Shown in pieces: positions 1 to 9,863 of a DNA stretch of 64,000 nt. The first letter of the stretch is position 1; each line of letters opens with the position of its first letter. This stretch comes from Bispira polyomma (taxonomy: Eukaryota), in NCBI GenBank assembly GCA_965649765.1, contig OZ287753.1, positions 13,888,001 to 13,952,000 on the forward strand, read 5' to 3'. A program made the translations under genes and the position numbers. Below the pieces are notes generated by a model. It made no database searches, was not told where the DNA came from, and worked only from the letters and a program-made list of their open reading frames with translations.

Positions 1-629
1 ACTAAACATATCCACGACAGATCACACAACAAATCTAAGGAAACCCTTAGATTTAAGGAGCTCCTTTATCAAAGGAGGTTTGGTAAAACCGGCCCCTGGT
101 CTTTGGAGGTTTCCCATGTAGTTTTCGTGAAATACTAAGAAATTATATTAAAAATAAATATTTGGGAAATCATAACTGAAATAGCAGGATATAGCAAAAT
201 ATTAAACTGGGTTTTATTTACGTACATAAATCTTTAACATAAAATACTTTGTAAAAGACAGATTTAAAAAAGATTTTATAAAAAAAACTTTCAAAAGTAC
301 TTTTTAAAACATTTTGTGCAAACTTTAATAAGTTTCAAATCAATTGATAATACAAAACAACCCTGTTAGTTGGTACAGAATAAGTCAGTTTTACTACAAA
401 GCGAACTGTTGCTACGAAATAAGTCAAAATTTAATACAGAATAAGTCATGTAATACAAAATAAGCAGCTATCACAAAATGATGCAGCACAAGCCCTCTGA
501 GAATGTCACGAACCTCAGTGCCACTATTGACTTCGCTTTCTCGTTTGATACACACATCAGCAACATTTTTTGCTCCTGTTACTATTATATACGTGATATT
601 AAAACAATCTGAAATCACTTGTCACTAGA

Positions 630-1010
630 TATTGCCATCAGTGTCACTAACTCAGCAGCCTTGACTAATGCAATTCATTTCTGTTTGTGATGAAAAAGTC
701 TTGCATAAAGAAGCTACAGTCTATTCAAAACTATCTGTGTAGAGTCATTTACTGTTTTGGGATACGTACTGATGTATCCCCTGTAAAATGTCATTGACTT
801 CTTATTCACTATCAAATTTTGTTTAAAATCCATATAACCACTTTCAAAGCTATTATTTTAAACAGTCCTCGTACCTTGCTTTTCACTTTGAGCAACCTTT
901 GTGTTTCCTCTGTAAAACCTACCAAGATGGCTGGATCCAGAGTGTTCTCTTTTGCTGCCCCTGTGTGATGGAATTGTCTCAGCACATTTGCAAATAAATC
1001 AAATAATTTC
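630..1010 (+). mobile_element. Highly decayed L2/CR1-group LINE, 3' end of RT
   Basis: Broken-frame remnants of the RT C-terminus (KLQSIQNYLCRV). 'tttcctctgtaaaacctaccaagatggctggatccaga' matches the LINE fragments at ~21900 and ~22520. Confidence 0.6.
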
Positions 1011-2086
1011 ACCCACACTTTGTAGTAATAGTAATAATTATGATGTCATACTTAACAACAAATTATGTTCTCAATACCAGCACTGTGACAAATTAAACTA
1101 GTTCTCATGTAAGATACTTTATGTTCTCTAGATTGAATCACTTAACCAATACCAAGTGCAAAACGCCAGGTAGTGAGGTAGGAGGTGGAGTGTGCAGTGA
1201 GGTCATTGAGGGGTTAAGCGATTTTGACGATTTGTTTCTATATCAATTGCAGACTCTAGTATAATTGACAGATTTGGTTATTATATTCAATTTATAAAAG
1301 ACAGAAAATAAAGGTTTATAGCTTTAGTCGTAGTGATCTGTTGTGGATATGTTTGGTTTTTTTAATGTAACTGTTTAAATAACAGAAAGATTATACTTTA
1401 TAAAAATAGCGGTTGTATAACTTATATGTATATTCTAGTCCATAGACAAACTGTACTTCCAGTGGCCATGGCCTAATTAATACGGCCATATATATAAATG
1501 TTGACTCAAACAGTTTCCGGATGTGTACATTTGTTTGACATGGGAACATCAGACAATTGTCTCCATGTTAGTTGATGATTCATTTTAAAAAAAGACAATA
1601 TTTACATAAATTAAAACTGTCACACTTCATAAAAAACATGTTATGTTATTTAAACAAACAAAAAGTGAGAAGTAATATATTTGTCTTAGTTTTATAAATT
1701 TGTTTATTCTTTTACAGGTTTAACGAAGAATGGTAGCCATATTTATTCATACTGTCTTGCAGATATATATAGTGATCTTTGTTATGTTGTCAGATGTAAA
1801 ATGGCTTGGCAGTTTGGAAATGGCTATTTTAGGATTTCAAATGTCAAAGAAATATATAGCTTTCAACAAATAATCTTTCTGTGTGTCTATTACACAAATA
1901 AATAAGTGGTACTGCATGTTGTCTTTCACAATGTTATGGGCAGAAACATTTTTTATTGTGAATAAAAAGTATAATTTGGTAAAAAATTTAGCTGTTTTAT
2001 TTAAAACTGTGGGAAAATTTATTCAAAGAAATTACTTTTAGATATGTAAGATAGGTAAATTGGCCTGATATATAATTTATTGTATC

Positions 2087-2126
2087 TATATATTTCGACC
2101 GTCTTATGGATTGAAGGTCTCATCAG
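2087..2126 (-). ncRNA. Second hammerhead-like motif (inverted copy)
   Basis: Minus strand reads CUGAUGA GACC...GGUC GAAA UAUA UA. Confidence 0.45.
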
Positions 2127-2387
2127 AGGCTGAGGTATATTGTCACTGACTCCTTAAAGTAGGTGATGGTAACCAACCTTAAGGTCAAAACATATTCCAA
2201 CTACCTACTGGGAATCCACACTATAGCATAAATTATAGGTTTTGGAGCACAAAAATCAATATCCAGCACATAGCCATAAATTGTATTGGAGGAGCTTGCT
2301 GGAGCCAAATAATGCACCTTAAGGAGCAGGAGCTTGCCGGAGCCAAATTATGTACTTTAAGGAGTCAGTGACAATATACCTCAGCCT

Positions 2388-2427
2388 CTGATGAGACCTT
2401 AAATCCATAAGAAGGTCGAAATATATA
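2388..2427 (+). ncRNA. Minimal type I hammerhead-ribozyme-like motif
   Basis: CUGAUGA (2388-94), stem II GACCUU/AAGGUC, GAAA (2418-21), palindromic UAUA loop, then UA. Stem I pairing is poor. Confidence 0.5.
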
Positions 2428-4261
2428 GATACAATAAATCAAAAATAAGGCCAATTTACCTATCTAACACAAAGACAACCCTTTTCTATTATTCTGAGGG
2501 CACCACCATGTCTATTAGTGTTAGCCAGGACACATTTGTTTCTGCCATTGGCACTCTTGGTGTAGAATCTGCCACCACATTAACAGCTTTAGTGTTGTTA
2601 AATGGTTAGGAAATCTTGATGGCCCAAAAGCTCAACTAAACCACAATAAGTGGAATTGAGCTATATTTGGAATATACCCTACCATTGCCTCTATAGGCAT
2701 TAACCAATATGCTGTAAAAATATTCCTCTTATTGTATAGGTTGTGCCCCTATACTCTCTTTTATGGCTGAATAATTTAATTTGGAATTAAACAATAACAT
2801 AATTATGTATTTTATTACGAATCATTAGGAGATACTTTTAAAATGTGACACAATCTGTAATTAGTTGTCTTATTTTGCAGGAGGACTTCCAACATAAAGA
2901 GTATCAAGGCCAAACAGTCTTCCCATGCAAAAAGGATGATGCGCCTGAAATGTATTTGCCATAAGCTGCATAAATCATCTCATGAAAAATTAAAATTCCG
3001 CTGATATATCCATATGACTCATTCACTAGAAAATTAAATTTTAATTAAATTTTTTTCTCATATTTATTAACCATTACCAGATATTTATTGTCCCCTTTAA
3101 ACCTTTTCTTGTCTGCCCAGGTACAACCAACCAACATCAGAAACTGTCATTCACCTACCTAAACAGAAAAAAACAAATCAATGTTAAACCAATGGCGACA
3201 GCCAATGAAATTGTGTCTTTTGAACAGATTAAAAAAAAAAGCCACCATATTGTCTCACAAATAGACAGTTATGCCTGTGATATGACATACATACAATTAT
3301 CAAATATAATTAATCAGAGGATATATAATTAGTGTGTGGTAGTTAAAAGCGGCTTCCACTTTCACGTCGGAATTGCGATTTTGGCTGCTTACCTGTTGGG
3401 CTAAAAATATATGTTAATCGCCAATCAAATCCACTTTTAAGTCGCAGTGAGCTTTTCAAATATGGTCATGCCGTGTATGAGGGAAAGTGTAACACGACCA
3501 TAAAATGATGGTTGTGAAGCTACACGTCCCTACAAAAGTAAATATATAAGGATCCCATATTTTATATGATCTTTGTGGGTATACAGTACATATCTTGTTT
3601 GATCATTACAGGGTTTGTGTTTATTATGCTTACCTTGTACGTGCCTTGTGCAAACTAAATCCTCTTTGCAGATCAGCAGGGTTCCTAGTCATGATCCTGA
3701 CATATCCTGAGATATTTGACAGATCTACTCCTTCATGCTCTGCAGCTGCTCCTCCTCCCAAATGGAACAGTCGGCTGACCTTAGGCCCCTAAGACTCACC
3801 GCTTCAAATCTGCCTTCAATCAAAATATTGCACCTACAAAGCAGTAGATTAGATTGGACTTACTGCTGCTGTTGTTAGGACACAGGGTTAAAGACTTGGG
3901 GTCGGCCTTTGTCACATTGCCCAGCCGAGAAAAGTCACATTGCCCAGGCTGGATGGACGAGGAGACAAGCTCTATGTCAGGGTTATCAGGCTCCCGTGAG
4001 GCATGTAGCGGCTTCCCCAGCTGTAACAACAAAGATTGTATAACAACAATAAGTTGTAAAATAATATAAAAAAACAAAAAATCCAATTGTCTTATCTAAA
4101 AATAAAGAAGTTTAATAAAATATGTCTGCACCAGCTTGGAATTAATGCGTATTAAAATTGACAATCATATTACATGTACTATTTAAATTATACAATTACA
4201 TCACCATTACATTATATATTACATTTCTTAGTACAATATCACAACTGACAATAACAAGATA

Positions 4262-4407
4262 ATTTTTTTTTTTAATTTGGATATTTTAACGTCCACTCTA
4301 GTACCTGTTTAGGTTATATTGGGATGGGTAGTTGGAAACGCTGGAGGAAACACTGCATACAGTTGATCAAGGTTCTGCACTGAAACCAGCGGCCCATAGT
4401 AAGGAAC
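4262..4407 (-). mobile_element. 5'-truncated copy of the tRNA-derived SINE
   Basis: Reverse complement of the SINE 3' half. 13-bp TSD CAATAACAAGATA at 4249-4261 and 4408-4420. Confidence 0.9.
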
Positions 4408-4519
4408 CAATAACAAGATATATACCAATATATATATACCAATATCCTACATACGATATACTAAGTATTAACTTCTATATATATCTTACTACAGAAACGA
4501 TAAATGAAAAGATACTTAC

Positions 4520-4803
4520 AACGCAGCTCAACTGCCATGATATTCCCCTTCAGGAAATTGAAGTTCTTCAGTATCCATTTGTCCCTCTCTGTGCGCTATA
4601 TGGTCCCCGCTCCAGAAGCCATCTTTGTCAGCTTTGTGTAATTGGTCCTGATGGAGAGCCACTAGATGTCCAGTTTGGCAGGCATCCTGTTGATCTTACT
4701 TGTCTGGATGGTCCACAACCATTTTATCTTTTGTATGTCCTTGTATTCTTTGAGGCCCTTTCTGTAGCAGATCTACTGCTCCCTCACTCCCAAAAATTGT
4801 TCT
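4520..4803 (-). pseudogene. Decayed MADF/Myb-SANT domain typical of the PIF/Harbinger DNA-binding ORF
   Basis: Minus-strand translation VREQ*ICYRKGLKEYKDIQKIKWLW...*WLSIRTNYTKLTKMASGAG...TERDKWILKNFNFLKGNI has 3 in-frame stops and ends at a GTAAGT donor (4519). Pattern recognised by eye. Confidence 0.65.
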
Positions 4804-4812
4804 CAGATCCTT

Positions 4813-5451
4813 GAACAGCTTCCTAGTTGTCTGTCTTCGATAGAATCTTGGATGAGTAATTCAAAACTTAAACTCAACCCTGACAAAACAGAATTCCTAC
4901 TTATTAGCTCCAAACATCAGAGGGAAAAGGTCCCTGACTTCTTCCCTGCTACTCTCCTTGGTAACACCACTGTTCCTGCTGATAGTGCGAAGAACCTAGG
5001 AGTTACTTTTGACTCCGACTTCTCCTTTAAAAAACATGTTTCGAATATCTGTCGTTCCTGCTATGGCAACATCCGTGACTTTCGCAGGATTCGACGACAT
5101 TTAACCCAAGAAAATGCCATTGCAGTGGCAAATGCCCTGGTATCAAGTCGGCTAGATTATTGTAACTCACTACTATATGGAATTGGAAAGGGCCAAATAA
5201 ACAAACTACAGAAAATACAAAATAACCTGTGCAGAATAGTAAGCCATGCTGGCCCTCACACTCACACTACTCCCCTGCTGAAACAATTACATTGGTTACC
5301 TATTGAGTTTCGTATTAAATTTAAGGTAATTGTCCTCATTTTTAAGACAGTCCATGTACATCAACCTGCCTACTTATCATCTATGCTGTCTTTTAGCAAT
5401 CTCACCAGAGGCAATCGTCTCTCCACCTCTGGTTTCCTACCAAAAAAAACA
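4813..5451 (+). mobile_element. L2/CR1-group LINE fragment (RT C-terminus)
   Basis: ORF 4852..: KLKLNPDKTEFL, NLGVTFDSDFSF, ALVSSRLDYCNSLL, LHWLPI. Truncated at both ends. Confidence 0.9.
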
Positions 5452-5463
5452 AAAGAATTTAAG

Positions 5464-5812
5464 ATGCCTCCAAAGTCATTGGGAGTGAGGTTGAAAAAAC
5501 CCAGAAGAGGGCTCAGCCTGTGGTGTTAGTTGATTTGCCTGTCATTGAGCATGTCATTGAGGAGGAGGAGTTGGAAGAGGAGGAGGAGGAGGAGAAGAAA
5601 GCTAAACTTGTTTCTTTATCTGCTGCATCTGCTGCTCTTTCTGCTGCTCCCAAATCGGTAAACAGTCTGAGAGGAAGCTGGAGAGCTTTGCAGTGGACGG
5701 TTATAGGGACGGCCTTCCAACGCTTATTGTCAGTGGCAAGAGGAAGAGGAAGCTGAAGACACATATCAGCCTGGGGGATGAGGCTGAGGATATGATGGCA
5801 AAATTCCTCATA
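5464..5812 (+). pseudogene. Frameshifted acidic/NLS-containing fragment, possibly the N-terminus of a Harbinger Myb-like ORF
   Basis: MPPK start, poly-E tract, GKRKRK, then LGDEAEDMMAKFL (resembles the first MADF helix). The pieces lie in different frames. Confidence 0.35.
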
Positions 5813-5939
5813 TACACAAGAGTGATACAGCCAAAAAGATATAAAAACCATATTAAAGAAACAGCTCTAGAGCACTGTACGGTAGTTAATATTTCTATGT
5901 CTAGTTAATTTACTAGAATTCAAGAAATAGCTCAGAAAA

Positions 5940-6432
5940 TTCAAACACAACACAGCATTCCCGACCAAGCAGAGTGGACGCCAGTACAGCCAAAAAGAAA
6001 AAAAAAACAGTCACAGAATTCTGTAAAACAAATCTACAGCACATCCGACCAAGTGGAGAGAGCAATAATATGGTTTAATATTTGGTGGGAAAAATTGAAG
6101 AAAACAACTTCAAAAAAAATTCAGACACAACACAGCACTCCTGAACAAGCAGAGTGAATGAGTAAAAATGGCTATAATGACAAAGAAGTGATCAGTATCA
6201 CCTATAAATTATTTACAGTGACAGATATAAAAAATACTATAAAAATGAAATGATCAATAACACTCCCGCCAACACTCCCGAACAAGCAGAGTGGACGAGT
6301 GAATCAGTATGAATGGCTATAATGACAAAGAAGTGATCAGTAATACCTAAAAAACACAACTTTGTACAGTGACAGATATAAAAAATACTATAAAAATGAC
6401 ATGATCAATAACACTCCCGCCAAATGGAGTGG
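5940..6432. repeat. Local tandem duplications
   Basis: 'aatggctataatgacaaagaagtgatcagta...aacactcccgcca' occurs at ~6167-6271 and ~6312-6422. Variants of 'cccgaccaagcagagtggacg' recur 4-5 times. Confidence 0.8.
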
Positions 6433-7139
6433 GCGATAATATAATTTTTAACAGTGAATTTTTGCGAGACGTCCATTGATGGTCACAACTAAACTCTATT
6501 TACAGTGACAGATAAACGTGCTAACATCCGAACACCATCATGACCCATAAGCAATAAACGTGCCAGGTACATACAACACACTCACGAGATGCACAATTTG
6601 CACAATATTCATCTATACATAATATACAATAATTAAATATTTGACCAGAATGAACCAAATGTATGCTAGGAAGCCACAGGGTACATAATAAACAGGGAAA
6701 ACGTGCGACACTAAACAAATATATGACCGTGATGGTTGCATAAAAGCACAATACACGCCTTCTGAAATTATAGATAAGAGCTATATGGACTGGTATATAT
6801 AAGGTAAGTACAGCATACATACCAGCATCACCTGCGCACAGCTGGATAATATTAAAGAAAAATCATGCCACATTATAGGCTTATGTTCTAGGTATTTATC
6901 ATGTGTGAAAGTTATTGCCTATGACTGTGTATGAGCGTGTGACCTCCACTGTGAAACGAGTATTGTCAAAATTTAGGTTTTTCTAAATTATCGTAATGGC
7001 CTTGGAAATTCACACTTGCCCAGAATTTCAAACAGAAATCACTGTGGGTGCAATATCTTATCCAGAGAAGTTACTGCGACCAGCTAATCACCAAAAAAGC
7101 ACAAGCATCATTTTTCTAGCTCGCTAAAGTGGGAGCCAG

Positions 7140-7250
7140 ACATTAGCCAGCCTTCAGCCTACTGCCAAGTTTTCCACATAAATGCCAGGGCTGAGATTCA
7201 AGCATACGACTACACAGGTGAGAGGCGAGTGTGTTATCACACCCTTAAGG
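7140..7250 (-). mobile_element. Old, diverged tRNA-derived SINE head
   Basis: Minus strand 'acactcgcctctcacc...ttgaatctc...atgtggaaaacttggcagt' resembles the 5' part of the young SINE. Confidence 0.4.
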
Positions 7251-7401
7251 CCCCCTATTTTATTTTAACTGATATTTTCATTCTAATTTAACAAAATCTT
7301 TAATTGATTTGGCAGATATCTGTGGTTCTTAAAACATATGAATATATTTTCAGTGAACCATATCAAATCATGGTTGGACATGACAGTGCAACGCTTGAAA
7401 A

Positions 7402-7657
7402 GAGGCCGTGGTGGCCTAGTGATTAGCAAGCATTGCGCTTCACAATCACTGGTCTCTCACCTCTGGGCGGCGTGAGTTCGAATCCCGTCGATGCCTATGT
7501 GGGAAAGGTGGTAGTTCCTTACTGTGGGCCGCTGGTTTCTCTGCAGAACCTTGATCGACTGTATGCAGTGTTTCCTCCAGCGTTTCCAACTACCCGTCCC
7601 AATATAACCTACTAAAAGGTACTAGAGTGGACATTAAATATCCAAATTCAAATTCAC
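7402..7657 (+). mobile_element. tRNA-derived SINE, full length
   Basis: A box TGGCCTAGTG, B box GAGTTCGAATCC, (AATTCA)n tail. 14-bp TSD GCAACGCTTGAAAA (7388-7401, 7658-7671). Confidence 0.95.
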
Positions 7658-8146
7658 GCAACGCTTGAAAACTAATGCAGTCACAATTACAGATTGGTGT
7701 GGGGTTTAGAAAGAAACTTGCATACCAAATTTCAACCCCAGACAACAAACCCTTCCCAAAATGTCTTACAAAAAATGTATTTTTAATTTTAATGACACTT
7801 GAAAATGTTAAAATTTAACCCATATAAAAATGTGTACTCCAACATTATAAATAATAAATAGTCTCAGTGGTATCCTGCATGTTAAAGCTATATACACATT
7901 TGTGGAGACCCTATTATGGTTGATTTAACTCTACTTTAAGCTTAACAACATTTCAACAACTGCGTATTATTATCAGAGTGTGCATTGTACTGGTTGCGGA
8001 AGAAAATCAATATTATTGCTCATAATATCCTGAACTGCAAGTTTTAAGTCTGCTGCAGATGTTTAAAAAAGAAACTACTCAATATTTAGAAAAGCTCCAC
8101 ACACCTTCAGACTATGAAATTGTATTGGTTAATAATTGTATTATAT

Positions 8147-8824
8147 TGTAGTGTGACAAGGGTCTGGTGGTCAGTGATTGTAAATATTTGAGTTATTGCA
8201 TATAAAATATAGTACAGGAAAACATTGAAACAACAAACTGTCAGACATATAAGTTTAATCAATCATAAGTTTCTACAAACAAATTAAACACATCCAGTCT
8301 AAGTCTAAAACTGGCAAAATATAAACCTCAAGCAATACAAGGTAATGAAATACTAACTATTTATTAATAAAGCAAGCAAATCTATGCAAGTCAAACAAAC
8401 ATTTAAAGCAGTAGACTAACCTAGCTATCAAAACAAAATGCTAAGTCCTACTAAGTAAATACAGTCAACTTCAGAGAATGATAAATTTAGTGGTGTGTAT
8501 CCTGAACTAGGTAAATGAATTAGTTGAGCTGTTAAATTCCAATGGCTACAGATCTAAAGGTGTCTAGATTTCTCACGTGTAAACTGCCTATTAGACTCTG
8601 AAATCCTAACAGATTAACATTATACTGGCTGTATGTAACTAATCATTCCGTCAGTTGGATGTGTATTCCTACCTAGACCTTTCTCTGTCCACCTTACAGT
8701 ATATGATGGCTGATGTAGGTTGATGTTGGTGGGCTGGTTCTCTCTCTAAAATTGCAGCCCTGAGCCCTGTTTGTGTACCCTTTTATACTACCCAAATCTC
8801 GCCGACGAATGAGATCTCGTAACA
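8147..8824 (-). repeat. 3' LTR of Gypsy element 1
   Basis: Minus strand TGTTAC...CTACA. Direct repeat of 15239-15976. A purine tract (GAAGGGTGAG) lies just upstream on the minus strand. Confidence 0.9.
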
Positions 8825-9517
8825 AAATCTCACCCTTCAAGATTTCATTCCAAAATGGCGAAATGTAGCAAGTACCACGATGATCAATACTCAGAAAACA
8901 TGACTCCAACTATTTTAGGGTGTTTTGTTCCCAAACAAGAAAGAACACAACAACAGTAAACTTTAACATCTTTATTACATAATCTATACAAAAATCCAAA
9001 TACAAAAATAAAACAAATCAAATGCAAAAATGCAATACAAATCAAACAGTTCTCATTAAGACTGTGAAAAAACAAACAAACTTGTAAACAAAAGATCATT
9101 AGTGCTATCATCAGTCAGTTCACTTCACTCTAAATGTGTTTGGGCTTCTTTAGAATTAAACATCTATCCTGGGGTTGCATCCCTTTGATACTTTGCCTTA
9201 CAGGGTCAATTTCAACAAGTTGATAGACAATATCCACAGCATATCTAGCATCCACTACATCTATTCCTGGATCTGGGACAGGACTTGGCTACTGGGGTAC
9301 TGAAGCCTTTCTGGAAAGGATAACTTTAGCACATTTGATCTTATCTCTCTTGTTTACCAGGGGTGAAAAAGGCTGTCTGACATCAAATTTGAGCTCTGAC
9401 CGCTCCCTAGGAGGTGTCACAGGTAGTGGACTTAAACATCCCGCTGCAAGTAATTCCTTCATGATTTTTTTTAATGTCTAACTCTTCCTCATTCTCTGAT
9501 AGCCCTGAAGAATCAAC

Positions 9518-9815
9518 TTACTCCACATTCTCTGGGTGAAGTTTGGCCTGTTCGGCAATATCCATGGGTTCACGTGTAGTTGGTAGGATGATAGCATTCT
9601 CATCTTCTCTTAGTGGCTTGGTAGCTAATCCTTCTCTGAACACAGCCCCATGTTGTGCTACTATGTGACGTATGTATACATAGGCTCCAGAGGTAGGATA
9701 ATCAAAATTACATCTATGGCCACACCACAATCTTTCTCCATGCTCTACAGCTAAGTGCATCCTATATTGGGAAACATTTTTGGTAGAACATTTGCACACT
9801 GAGCATGTTCGTGCT
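9518..9815 (-). CDS. Env-position ORF with two C2H2 zinc fingers (probably decayed; may have continued to ~9200)
   Basis: CSVC-x12-H-x4-H then CGHRC-x14-H-x4-H. Preceded on the minus strand by the acceptor TTGTTTTGTTTTCAG (AG at 9817-9816). Confidence 0.6.
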
Positions 9816-9863
9816 CTGAAAACAAAACAATTTTAACATCTAAAAACTATAATATTGTTGTAT

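Larger units (their letters stand above)
2046..2468. mobile_element. Fold-back element with ~115-bp inverted arms, probably Penelope-like (inverted pLTR-type)
   Basis: 2046-2161 is the reverse complement of 2353-2468 with few mismatches. Each arm carries CTGATGA-GACC...GGTC-GAAA followed by AATAAA. There is an internal ~38-bp tandem duplication (2291-2364). Confidence 0.7.

Noticed and set aside
1718-3200. Isolated acceptor-like sites (1717, 2880, 3120) as exons of another gene
   Set aside because: No consistent frame or recognisable protein could be assembled.
4332-4814. 160-aa plus-strand ORF
   Set aside because: Chance frame across the antisense of a SINE, an intron and the MADF relic.
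5940-6432. CRISPR-like or regularly spaced array
   Set aside because: Irregular, degenerate tandem duplications in a eukaryotic context; no constant repeat-spacer period.
7402-7490. tRNA gene suggested by A and B boxes
   Set aside because: No complete cloverleaf. It continues into the SINE body and is bounded by TSDs.
7433-7615. Recurrent 60-aa ORF MRFTITGLSP.. (also 21967, 45307, 60348)
   Set aside because: It lies within the SINE, starts at TTG and is disrupted in other copies; not a gene family.
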